DNA of 64,000 nucleotides, from assembly GCA_964036045.1 (NCBI GenBank), contig OZ038379.1, positions 12,090,001-12,154,000 of the forward strand, in the 5' to 3' direction. The translations under genes and the position numbers were made by a program. Positions 35,601 through 46,339 of the stretch are shown here, in pieces. Every line of letters begins with the position of its first letter. Position 1 is the stretch's first letter. A model generated the notes under the pieces. The model saw only the letters and a list, made by a program, of their open reading frames with translations, ran no database searches and was not told the DNA's origin. Source of the stretch: Eutreptiella sp. 'Long Island Sound 2002' (taxonomy: Eukaryota; Protista; Euglenida).

Positions 35601-38533
35601 TGTACGACTGCCCCCGATGGCCTTGATGGCTGAGCCGCGTGCACGCGTCCAACGGCTCGGAGGCGCACCGCCCGCCGAGGGAGGGGGTGGCATCCGATAG
35701 CCCCCCGAGTGGCGCAGTGTCGAGGGCGCATTCGAGCACAGCCTCGTCAGGCCCATCGGGTGGACTCAGGCCGGCAGCGCCGTCAGAGTCACGTCAGGGA
35801 CCCTCGGCGACACAGCACACAAGAGGTGTGGCACGCATGAGAAGGAGGGGGGGTGTCGCGGCCCCGAGTGCCGGGCAGACTAGCGTCCAGCACCTCAGAC
35901 ATGATTAGGCGGGTGTGGGTCCTCCTCAGCCATGCGCTGGATGCAGCATGTTCCTTCTGAGTTCTGAGTTCCGGGTGTGACGGGGGCAGGTATTACTGAC
36001 TGGCACATGATATGATGTGTTTCTGTTGCCTCGTGTCAGAGTTTTGGTTTGCGGTGCCACGGCTCGCGGGGGGGGGGGGCTCACACGCGGTGCATCACTG
36101 TTCGCAACGAGTGCCCCACAACCCACGCCGGTGCGTTGCCAGGAAAGAGCCGTCGATGAGGAGGTCGGAAGGGACAAAGGACCGCACAGGCGCCTTCCGC
36201 CAACCACGTGGCTGCTGGGCAAAGCGGGCGGCGCAGGCGGTCGTTGACCCACCACCAACCAACGCGCACGCACCGAGGCCTGTGGGGTGTTGTGTGTGTG
36301 AAGGGGGGGGGGGGTCGTGAACAAATTCAATTACTGCCCAAACTGCGAGGTTCGTCACCAATGACAGCAAACCATTGTTGTGAAGGGGGGTGTGACCTAA
36401 TTAAAAAACAGACAAATGCAAACCAGAGGTAATGCACTACACAGTCAGGCATAAGTGCATCTTTATTCTCTATGCCAAACCTGGTTGAACCTCAAAACAC
36501 ACACTGTGTCTGAAACAGAAAACATTGTTGTGAAGGGGGGGGGGGTCTGATAAAATTCTGTGTACCGAAAGGGACCCCGGGAAATTATCTTGTAACAAAT
36601 TTCACTTTTGTCGCAATCGATTTGAGGCGGGAGGGAGGAGGGTCCAGAAGTGGTGGGGGCGGGGGGGGGGGGGGTGCGAATCGATCTCCGAATTCAGGCC
36701 TGGGGCCGAGGCACCCCAGACTGTTGTGCGGGTGCAGCCCCGTTGTGCGGGTGCACGAGGCGCACCAACTCGACACTTCTGATATCCGTTGGTCCGTCCG
36801 TCTGCACGTCTGTCCGCCGGCCCGGCGGGCGGGGGGGCAGGCGTCCTGGCTGCCACCCCAACTCCACTTCACCCCTGTGCGCCTCGGGCGCTGCGCTGCG
36901 GACCGACCTGAAGCAGAATCTGCGCCGCCAGGTCCAGCACCCAGTTCTTGGAGTTGAACTTGCGCAGGGAGTCGCGCTTGTTGTCGACGTGGGGCTGCAG
37001 ATGCGAGCCATTGACGCAGGGCAGATGCTTCTCCATGCAGAGGGCCGTCATGCTGGGGTCCAAGGCCAGGATCACCCAATTGTGCAGCTGCGCGAGAGAA
37101 CGCCGGGGGGGCAGGACGGCTGAGGGCCGTGCCGGAGTTGCTGCAGATTGTATTGCAGACCGGTGGTGGTGGCACTGTTAGTTGCCGGTGGACGCTGCCG
37201 AAGTGGGACGAACCACGTTGGTTGTCGCGAATTCTGACCTTCGCGTCTGGCACACCCCGGCCGGCGGGATATATGTTTGTTTGGACCTTTCGGGCCTCAA
37301 GAGTCCTCATTTGCGCTGCCATGACAGGAGTTTTTCGCAAGACTCGACAATTACTCTTGGGTATCATCTCAAGCAGGATACAGGCCGTGAAACGTGGGCA
37401 TTGAGGGTTGGTGCAATGAGGGCACTGGTTACGCCAGTCGTTGTCCCATGGCTTGCTACGAAAACGTGCAGGGTAAAGATGGCCGCTACAGTTACCCAGA
37501 CCTGCGGCAACCACCACTACAACCTCCAGAAACCCCCGGTGCGCTGCCGAAGCGCTCTGACCTGCGCCTCCATTTCCTGAAGGTGGTTTGTTGCAGAACA
37601 TCATCGGTTGTCTGTGGGTTGAAATTGAGGCCGGATGTTGCAAGTGGACGGGGGCTACAGACGGGATTAAGGAGCAGGCGTTGTCAAAGCCAACCCAACA
37701 CTCCTTTCCAGTTCTGTTTCCAGAGCGGAATTTTTTATGGCGAAAGATCACACAGGGTGAACCACAATAGCAGGGCGACTCGTGTCAAGCAAGCTGAAGG
37801 GAACCCCATGACCTCAACGAGCAATTGGTTTGATTTCTTGTCCAGCGGTGCTGGGTAAATCAGAAATTAATGAATGAAATGAAATGAATGCAAAAAAATG
37901 GATTTTTTGTGGTCCCTGAAACAATGTCAGCTCAGAAAGAAAGGGGCGGTTCCGGGAATTGAACCCGGGACCTCCCGCACCCTGAGCGGGAATCATGCCA
38001 CTAGACCAAACCGCCAATTGTTAACTATATGCCCCATATATAAACGAGAACAGAACGCAACCTGAGAGTGTCAGAAAGGGCGGTTCCGGGAATTGAACCC
38101 GGGACCTCCCGCACCCTGAGCGGGAATCATGCCACTAGACCAAACCGCCATTGCTGATTATGTAAAATTTGTCAACACCCGTGAGCAGATAAAGAGGACC
38201 AACAGGATGTCCGAATACCCGTGGTGCAGCAGCACATACATTTACTCGCTGCAGAGAGACCAATTGATTCGCTACGAATGGAAGCCACTTGACGTTAGCC
38301 GTGTAGTAGAGAAGCGTCAGAGTGGGTTTTGCAGGGGTTGTCAGCATTTTGTATCGACATGCGAACACCTTCGACGGTTCGTTGACCAGGTCCGGATAGT
38401 GGCAGTGAAGCGGGCGCGGAGGCACGGTGACGTTGGGGTTGGGCTTTGCAAGCTCAAAGAGAGGAATACTGGATGCTTTGACGTTGCCCAGGTGCAACAG
38501 AGTCAGCACAACCCAAAACGACATCAACTGCAT
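26623..38533 (-). CDS. Nucleotide-diphospho-sugar transferase (GT77/PF03407-like) glycosyltransferase, ~12 exons, ~521 aa
   Basis: Phase-matched GT-AG exons: 38240-38533, 36908-37087, 35057-35142, 32918-33042, 32687-32786, 31577-31726, 31207-31253, 30653-30710, 29869-29936 (tentative), 29695-29757, 28475-28681, 26623-26810. N-terminal hydrophobic signal, then NQLVSLQRVNLHNWVILALD, DxD motif GYSILSLDADV, DWNVGF, WDDGQTAL and VVHIIC..SKMRWMF, in the order expected for this family. The family call is motif recognition, not a search. Confidence 0.75.
27345..28070. repeat. Degenerate (CCATACTCCG)n 10-bp satellite in the last GT intron
   Basis: Unit read directly over ~700 bp. Confidence 0.9.
28807..28855 (-). 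mobile_element. Heavily 5'-truncated copy (~49 bp) of the G-tract retroposon
   Basis: GTGACCTAATTAAAAAACAGACAACTGCAAACCAGAGGTAATGCACTCC after a G-run; degenerate CAAAA..GGG duplication on both sides. Confidence 0.65.
30245..30615. repeat. Interspersed repeat; second copy at 33935-33975 plus 34584-34930
   Basis: Near-identical GGTCCATCCGGGTGTATGTACGAGGTCGCC... and GCCCGGCTACCCCTAACAGCC...CACCACAAATGATGTGGG segments. The second copy has an internal duplication at ~34800-34930. Confidence 0.85.
31309..31511. repeat. Perfect 29-bp minisatellite x7 (CCCCATCGGACGACGCACACAGTCCCGTT)
   Basis: Seven identical head-to-tail copies with no spacers, inside the GT intron between 31253 and 31577. Confidence 0.95.
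32210..32390. repeat. Interspersed repeat family (..AAAAAATGAAATT..GGCCCGAAAT..GGCCAATTTTAGG..); copies at ~5230-5395 and ~33470-33610
   Basis: Visibly similar, diverged copies. Confidence 0.7.
33976..34583. mobile_element. Second, truncated copy of the palindrome-built element
   Basis: Begins exactly at the same terminus GAGTGCTGTCGGAAATGCA. Contains the palindromic units and one central unit in reverse orientation. About 115 bp of the host repeat is missing; no TSD. Confidence 0.8.
36391..36522 (-). mobile_element. Short 5'-truncated retroposon (~132 bp) with 18-bp TSD
   Basis: TSD CATTGTTGTGAAGGGGGG at 36373-36390 and 36523-36540. Confidence 0.85.
37944..38015 (-). tRNA. tRNA-Pro(AGG), copy 1, intronic, C at position 33
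   Basis: 72 nt cloverleaf: acceptor GGCGGTT/AACCGCC plus C73, A box TGGTCTAGTGG, anticodon arm CCCGC-TCAGGGT-GCGGG, B box GTTCAATTC. Confidence 0.92.
38078..38149 (-). tRNA. tRNA-Pro(AGG), copy 2, intronic, identical to copy 1
   Basis: Same 72-nt sequence, 134 bp from copy 1, with different flanks. Confidence 0.92.
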
Positions 38534-39049
38534 TGGCCAATGAGCATGCGGGCATAACACAGGCCCTTTCTCCACACATTTGCTGATAAAATGAGATGCA
38601 GGTGAGAGGCAGGGCACAAAGGGCGGCCCTATCTCATGTTTCCATGGGAGGGAGAGGGAAAGCTGAGAACGGCACCCACAACGGACGGAAACCCACAACG
38701 GACGAACACGCGCTATGGACGGAGGAAGGTGCGGGATGCGTGGAGGCAGTCACGACTATCCGGGGCACACCCCAACGTATCGCATGAGGCTGCAGGATGC
38801 CAATACACAAGCAGCCATATGTGGACACTACATGAGTTATGGCGGCCAGTTAGCATCCTTGCCATGTTGTGGGGGGCAATTTTATCTTCTGGCGCTGTCA
38901 GGCCCTGATCTCAGCTTGTCACAGCCCAAAGACAATCTTTTGCCCCTTTGATGCCCAAATTCTTAGTGCAGACCAGCTCCCCTATGATGTTACCCCCCCC
39001 CCTCCCCCGGAAGCACAAAAACGCAAAAACATAAGTAAGCAAATAAATA

Positions 39050-39760
39050 CCCCCCCTGTGTGACATTCCGTCTGGTTGTTGTTTCTGTACGGGACCCTGG
39101 GCAGTCACCCGTTCTTCCCTTCGCATGTTGCGTTGGGTTGCTGCTTTCTGTTGGCCGCTGTGGCCGGTGTGCGCTTGTGGGGCTCAGTGGTTGGTGTGCT
39201 GGGGTTGCTGGTGTCGTTTCCGCATTCGCAGAACCCAGTGATTGGTGTGCTGGGGCTGTGCTGGATGTGGTGGTGCGCTGTTGGCGCGTCAGCGGGGCCC
39301 AGTAGTTGGCGTATTGAGGTTGTACTGGTAGTTGCAGGGGTTGTTTGACTGTTTTTGCTGTCCACACACCTCCGTCCTCAGGCCGTCCATAACCTGCCTC
39401 GCTGCGTTTCTGTGTGCGTGAGGCCCAGGTGCCCTGTTCCTCCGCGCGTTGTCCCAGCCGTCCACCACATGTCCCTTTCCCCCTTACGGTTGGTCTGACC
39501 TTGTTGGCTCCCGCTCCTGTTGCGCAAACAGCCCATCTGGGCTGCGGGAGACACCCCCCAGCTGATGCCGGTTGAGCAGGGGTTTCCCTGGCACCCGGTA
39601 GCGACGGGGCTGGCTGGTCAGGCCATCCCCTTTGTTGTCGCTGCCCCATGGTCTCCCATCCCCTATGTTCTGGTTTCCTGTCCCTGTTGTCTTGCCCCCC
39701 CTGCCTCGCTGCCCCCCCCCCCCTCCTTGTCTGCTGCACTCGCCTTCGTCCCTCATGGTG
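39050..39760. repeat. Interspersed repeat family (GTGACATT..CAGTCACCCGTTCTTCCCTTCGC..); related copies at ~35460-35570 and ~56050-56560
   Basis: Shared blocks visible in all three positions. Confidence 0.75.
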
Positions 39761-41841
39761 TGGCTCCCACGTTCTGTGTGGCTGTGTTGCTCCCCTCCGT
39801 TGGCGCTCCTGGGTGCCCTTGTGAGCACCCACTCCTGTCCCACCAGCCTGCCCCCCCACATGAGGATTTCACGTCTCCACACAACCTTGACTGTCTCATG
39901 TGCGGTTGGCTGGTCACGGCCCTGTTGCCACCCCCATGGCGGGCACCTCCCAGCGTGCAGGGCGCAGTCCCTGCCCTTGTGGAGTTTGCGGGCACCTTGT
40001 GGAGGGAGGGGGGGGCCTGGTTGCTGATGATCCGCCGCATTCGGTGGTTGCTGCGGTGCTCACACCTCGTGGTCCCCCCGTGCCATTCTCTGTGTCTTGT
40101 TGGGGCTCGTCTCATCACCATGTGTGGGGCGGCCCTATCCCCCCGCCCCTTTTATAAGCTACTCCAATGTACACAACTATTACGGTCCCTGTGCCTACTG
40201 TAGCTTGGACAAGGGCGTAGCTTATACAGCGGGGGGGGGGGGGGTATGATTAAGCGCCCACGTATAGTTGAGGTGATGGTTAAACAATGCACCTTCACCC
40301 CTAATGCCCCCCCACCTGTCCATCATGCTTCCCTGCAAATACACACTTTCGTTTGCTCTGTGCCGAGTGTGCACAGCTTTGGCTGCGACCTTCTCTGCTG
40401 TGCAGAGAAGACTTGGTCGTTCTGTGCCACGTTGTGCACGTCGGCAGTACAGGCATACCATTGTGGGGGCGGAAAACGCTAGTTTCTGGTGTTGTTGGGG
40501 CCTTACTGTCTGTCGGCTTGTCACAGCTGAAGACTTCTCAAGTGCCGATTCTTAGAGTAGGTGAGGTGCTGTGCTGCCAAGCGCCGAGCGGGAGTGCAGG
40601 CTGGGGGGGGGGGTCCCCCCTCAACCCCCCCCCCCCCCTAGCCCCTATGATGTGGATCTCTCTTATTGCCCCCCACCCCTTTGATGCCTCCGGGAAGGAG
40701 GAAAAACAACACCCTGATAACTAGTTGGGCCTCAATATGGTCAGGCTGCAGTGTCCGCATTAGGCTCTGGCCGCGCCTGCCCCGCGACTGGCATCGCCTT
40801 CTGTCCATCTTGATAACTAGTTGGGGGGGGGGGGGGGGTGATGGATGGATTGCTGTCTGAAGCTGGCGGTACCTCAGTCTCTCACCAATCTAACACCCTT
40901 ACTCTCCCTGTCTGGCCTATCCTTACCTCCCTCCACACCCTTCCATTCCCTTGGCAGGTTGTGCCAACAGAGCCCCGAGACTGTCCCTGTTTCATTGCTC
41001 GGTGTCGGGTCCACACAGAGGACAGCAACGGCCCTCACTATTGGCCAGGTGTGTCCAGGCGGACACCCCATACCGGCAGTGGGGGTTTCCCATGCCGGCA
41101 TCACAAGCACAAAGGGGATTGCGGGAAGACCCAAACATACACTGCATGCTGCTATATAAAAGCAAACAAAGTTAAGCGCAACTGTGCAGAGGCAATCATG
41201 TAAACACTAACACAGCAAATGCGGCCTGGGCCCCGCAGCACACAACCACAGCAAACAGCGAACGACTAACCAAACAACCCAGTGATAGCAAATACTGACG
41301 TTCACTAGGGTTAGGGTCTGCCAAAAATCACTGTACCTGCAGGCAGCAATGCCAACACATTTCTACACCGATGGTAAACCACCATAGGCCGCAAACTGAG
41401 GGCGGTTTTAGAAAACCACCTGCCGCAACATATCGTCGAATGTGGAGCCCGCACACACAGTGCCTCCCGAAAAAGAAATGCAAAACAACGAGAAGCGCCG
41501 CCCCCCTAGGTACTCCAAAAATACCAAATGCGATTAGCGTTCAAAAGAATCATAAAATGCCACAAAATGAACGCTGTTATTGCACTTCACCATTGGCCAC
41601 TTCAGGCCTATTTGATCTGCCATGGAAAGAAAAGGAAGAAAGAAGGTCAATTCATCACCATCTTGGAGGGTAGTTGGTGGGTGAAGGGGGGGGTTTGGCC
41701 TGCCATACTTCCTTGCCGGTGGCCTGAGTCCCTGAATCCCCCAGACTGTTTGCCCCCAAACCTATCCCCCCCAGTTATCGGTGCTGCCCTGCAGTTACAG
41801 TCCCTGTGGGCTGTCTGTAGTTATGCCTCACCTAGTCCCCA

Positions 41842-42837
41842 CTATACCACAAGTCCTGGCGGCTCATCAGTCAGCAGCACTTGAGCTTCGTCCTGTTGCT
41901 CTTCTGCTTGGCCCTCTCGGAAACTGGAGGCCCTGCTGAATTCCTCCTGCGCCTGCTGCATGACGGTGTGGGGGGCGAAGTTCGGGATTCGGCTGTAGCA
42001 GACCAGCAGCACTGCAGTCATAAAAATAACGAGTGGTAGCCACATGATGAATATGCTGACCAACAAACCCTCACTAATGTCGCCATCTGCATATCGTGCA
42101 GCCTGAACCGGAAATATGAAAATGACGGTGACCAGCAAAGTGCTGAAGGACATCAATACAGTCCACACAATGGCGCGCACTTCGGATCTCTGCATCCAGA
42201 TGTACACCCCAATGCTGAAGATGATCACCAAGTCCAACCCAAGGCCCAAGAACCTCCACTTAAAGAACGGCATCAGCACTTCCATCCACGTGGCCGGTAT
42301 TCTGCCGTCCATTTTGTTGGCAAACTCATCGGACACCAACAGAAGGCCAAAGCCATAGAGCATGCTGGACACTGATAGCTGTGACAAATTGCCAGCATTC
42401 TGTGCATTCTGCAATATGCTCTGGATGACGATGGAGTATGCAAAAATCTGCATCCAAGCGCTAATTGAAGAGCCAGGGACATCTTCACCATCCATCCACG
42501 ACACGAACAAATAGAGCGGGTCCCACAAGCAGAAGACCATCGCAGCCACTAGCACAGTTGAGAAGATAGCCCGTGAACATTTCGTTGCACTCTGGGGGAA
42601 GCAGCACAACACAATCACCGGAGTGATAGTGACAGGTACCCATAGGAAAATGTATGTGGGCAGAAACACCACAGTCCACGTTGCGGTGATGATATGGTCC
42701 AGCTTTAGCGTGAGCAGGACGTTCGTTGCCAAGGGCAGAGCGGCTGATACCCCAAGGCTAAGCCCTACATAAAACATGGCTTGCCGAACCACTGGCGGGA
42801 GGGAGTTTAATGCATTCAGCAACCGTTCCGCTTGCAT
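41842..42837 (-). CDS. Intronless multi-pass membrane protein, TMEM185/FAM11-like (331 aa)
   Basis: Single clean ORF with ~7-8 hydrophobic segments. LLTLKLDHIITATWTVVFLP resembles the TMEM185 motif LLALRLDG..W..VFAP and recurs internally (NKMDGRIPATWMEVLMP, RYADGDIS). Acidic C-tail. Confidence 0.8.
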   Translation of the reverse strand: MQAERLLNALNSLPPVVRQAMFYVGLSLGVSAALPLATNVLLTLKLDHIITATWTVVFLPTYIFLWVPVTITPVIVLCCFPQSATKCSRAIFSTVLVAAMVFCLWDPLYLFVSWMDGEDVPGSSISAWMQIFAYSIVIQSILQNAQNAGNLSQLSVSSMLYGFGLLLVSDEFANKMDGRIPATWMEVLMPFFKWRFLGLGLDLVIIFSIGVYIWMQRSEVRAIVWTVLMSFSTLLVTVIFIFPVQAARYADGDISEGLLVSIFIMWLPLVIFMTAVLLVCYSRIPNFAPHTVMQQAQEEFSRASSFREGQAEEQQDEAQVLLTDEPPGLVV

Positions 42838-43099
42838 ATTTGCCCAAGTGCACGAAACTCATTAAGGCACAAAACCCTGAGAAACACAAAGGCCGACAGG
42901 GCACAATGGTCCTGAGGGGAAACGGCTGTTCGGCAGGCGGGCCAAACAGTGGAACGTCACCGCTGTAGAAGGGCCACAACCAGTCAGATTTGCTTCACTG
43001 CAATCAGCTCCAACCGCGCCTGCCACCACCGTCTTCATTGCTCTCAGTTCAGTGTTCCAGAGTGCGCTCTCTGTGTTCGCCTCCCAAAAGTTCAATGGT

Positions 43100-43415
43100 T
43101 GGGATCGTCTGTGAAGACGAGGATTTTGATATCAGGGGACAGTCGCTGTAGCGCAGGCACTAAAACAAAGCAGACCATGGCAAACAGTGCTGGAGACAGC
43201 GGGTTTCCCTGGCGGACCCCAAATTTGGTGGGGAGCTGTACGGAAGGGACCACTCCTTTTCCTACTCCAAAAATGAATGGGTGAGCATGGATAGGAGTAA
43301 TGCAATCGGGGGGATGGGGAGTCCGATGTAGATGAAAAATGCTTTGAAGTAATTGTGGTGTACCGCGTCAACGGCTTTGAAAAATCAATGAACACAAAAA
43401 GTCCTTCCTCCATGG
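43100..43415 (-). mobile_element. Relic LINE reverse transcriptase core
   Basis: Frameshifted FVFIDFSK(A)VDAVHH, FGVRQGNPLSPALF and ILVFTDD motifs in the correct order. Confidence 0.8.
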
Positions 43416-46339
43416 TGTCCCAAGCACCTCATGCATCCCAAAGTGACTGAAAATGAATCGCTGTTTTAGTATGAAGCCCTGCCCTCTCCTGCCCTGCCCC
43501 ATACCCCCTCTCCTGCCCTGCCCCATACCCCCTCTCCAGAGGAAACTCCACAATTCACTGATGACACGACAAGTAATGTTTTTGTAGTGCTGGCCCCTCG
43601 GGGGCACGATGATGGCCAAAGGCTGTGCTTCCAAGGCACGAAATAGTGTCCTGGGCGAGGCTATCACTTAGCCCCCCCAAAAAGTGAACATCAATTGGTC
43701 ATACAGGTCACAGGGGTTGCACGTTGCAAAGGGGGGGGCGTCTACGTCCCTCAGTCACTGACCCCCCCCCCCCCAACCCTCAGTTTTTATGGAAAACTTC
43801 CGTTTTGGTATGAAGCCCTGCCCTGCCCTGCCCCGTTTGGTCGTTCACTATGTCACAGGCAAAACACAACTGAGAATCCAATACCAACTCATAGCCAAAT
43901 ACTGATTCACCACACCACCAATGTTTTTAATCTGGGGGAGCCTCAAATGCTTGGGGGTCCGCGCATTGCAATAATTTTGTCTCACACAATGTAAAATAAG
44001 CACACTCTTTTCGCTGTTTTTGGAACTGCATGACCTGTGGATTTCTTAGATGAACAGATCTTCAGGCCCGCCCTCTTTCCAAATGGCATGCATCATTTCA
44101 TCAGCTCTGAAGCCTTTTGACGAACCAAACCCCCCCCCCTTCTTTTCCCACTGCTTATACCGAGCCTCTAAGATATTGGGTATCACAGAGTTCCACAAAT
44201 TCGTTGAAATTATAACCTTGCCAAACGAACCCAACCCACACTTAGCAAGCTCCGGGTCCACTTCATTGGGTTCCGCCTCCTCCGGGTAATAAGTTGAATC
44301 ACTGCCGTCACTCAACCCTTGTGAAGCCATGCTCTGCTCCACAAGCACTTCCTACAACTGTGATATTCGCACTTGCCCTTCTCCAAGTCCAACTCATCAG
44401 TCCCCTCTTGCCGAGAACCAGTACTCTCCTTCTGATTTGTTGCTGTCCACATTGATGATTTCCACTCCTTCCGCTGCCTCCAACGCTGCCTCTCCCCTTC
44501 GCTTCTTTCCTTTCTCCTACACTGCACCCGGGACGGCTCCGGCAGCCTCAGCAGTTTGGATCCTCTCCCTGATCTCTTGTTGCAGCCAGTCTGGCCACCG
44601 CGATTGGCAGAACAATTTCTTTTCCATAACGATGAGGTATCCGCAAACCACTTCTGGCACTGGGATTGACACTGTCTTCCAGTATTGCCATGCATATTAG
44701 GGCTTTGCATAGTGGTACGCAACTTCTTAGCTTCTCCAGCCCCCCGCCAATCATAGCGCGTGAACTGACACTCCTGAGGCCCACAACTGGGCTGCACCCA
44801 ACCGGCACAATGAGTGCCACCGCAATGCCTTGTGCTGTGTGTTCTCGAACAATTCAATCCATGTTCTCTCCAACAAAGCCGCGGACGCAAAGTTGGCACT
44901 GACATCCTCTGGCTGACCCCGTACCTCAAAGAACTCTAGCCATCTCTTCGCCAGGAACCTGACTTCTTGACTTTGCAGTCTTGGGCGTGACTTGTCCCTC
45001 AAGAACCCCAATGGGATATTTGATCATTGTGAATGGTCAAAAGAAAAAAATTGGCTTTGGAAATTTCCATTTCTTTCAAGAAAAAAATTGGTTTAGGAAA
45101 ATTCTATTGCCTTCGGCAGTGCATCTCGAAGAGAGGCTGACAGTTAGCCAATCAGTCCCTTGGCGAGGCCAGCAGTCAATCAGACAGAAACACACAGTGT
45201 GGGTTTTTTGTCCGTGGCAGACGCGGCCCCAAGCAGTGGGGAGTTTGTTCACTTCATGGCAAGCAGTGGCCGACCAGTAATGCAGCTGACCGCAGACCTT
45301 TTGGTTGGCGGTTCAACCCTGGTCGGCCAAATATGGCGCCTCTGCCGCCAAATATGGCACGCTGCCGCTGCCGACAGTAGGCCGACCAGGATTCGAAAAG
45401 CCAACCCTAAAGTTTGCGTTGGCTGTATTACCATCCGACCGGCGGTGGTGTAACCGCGATATGCCTCCCCACTACTTGGAGCCTTCTGAGCGAAAACTTT
45501 TGACCCCCCCCCCCCAACCCCCCCCCAAAAAAAGTGATATCCAGTTTTAGGGGATAGAGGCCTTAGAATAAAAAAATCCATTGGGGGATGGTCTTATTGG
45601 GCAAAATAATGATTTTACAAGGGGTTGGACATCCAATATCATGCCTTGGGGTATGCTACGCGAATGACCCCCAAAAAGGGGGGTACACGACGCCCGCGCC
45701 TGCGCTTGATCTAACAACCTCTCTTCGAGGTGATTTCCTGATTTTGAGCTGCAGAGGGTGGAAAGCTGCTTTGGCGGATTGTGTCCCAACCCCCTTGGGA
45801 CCCCCACCCCCCCCCTTCCAAACACCAAATAGGGTGAAAAACACATCAAGAGGGTCGAAAACATGCTTTACATAGGAGACTTGATGATTGTGAATGGTTA
45901 GAACATCAAAAAAATCGGTTTTGGAAATTTCCATCTTTGAGTTGTAGAGGGTGGAGAGTGTAGAGGGTGCTCATGCGGTTTGTGTGCACACTAGGTAACC
46001 GCCATTTTGAGGCTTTTGGGGGGCCCATGGCTCGGGCTACATGGGCCTAGTGGCCACTATGTGGGTCCCCGTGGGTGCTCAAGTACCTGTATTGTGACCA
46101 AATGATCACCCAAACCCATTTTGGAGGCGACAGAACGGTTTCGGAAAAGGTTTGAAATTCTATTGCCAGCCATGGCTGAGAATCACAGCAAACCAAACAT
46201 GCTTGGGTTGCAATGTGCAGCAGAATGTTGTTCTGACGAGTCTGATCAACCGCTTACTTGAATAAGCCCCCCTTTCCCGGTTGCGCCTGTGTCCACCCTT
46301 GCTCAGTTGCGCCTGTTTCACTCTTGCACGGTCCTACCA

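Noticed and set aside
36585-37751. 388-aa minus ORF and its Cys-rich exon-like part (37287-37501)
   Set aside because: It crosses the real exon in the wrong frame, and the candidate exon's phases (1 to 0) do not fit between GT exons 1 and 2.
37925-37943. TTTCTGAG resembling the start of a euglenid spliced-leader exon
   Set aside because: Only 8 nt match, and the rest of the leader and a donor site are absent.
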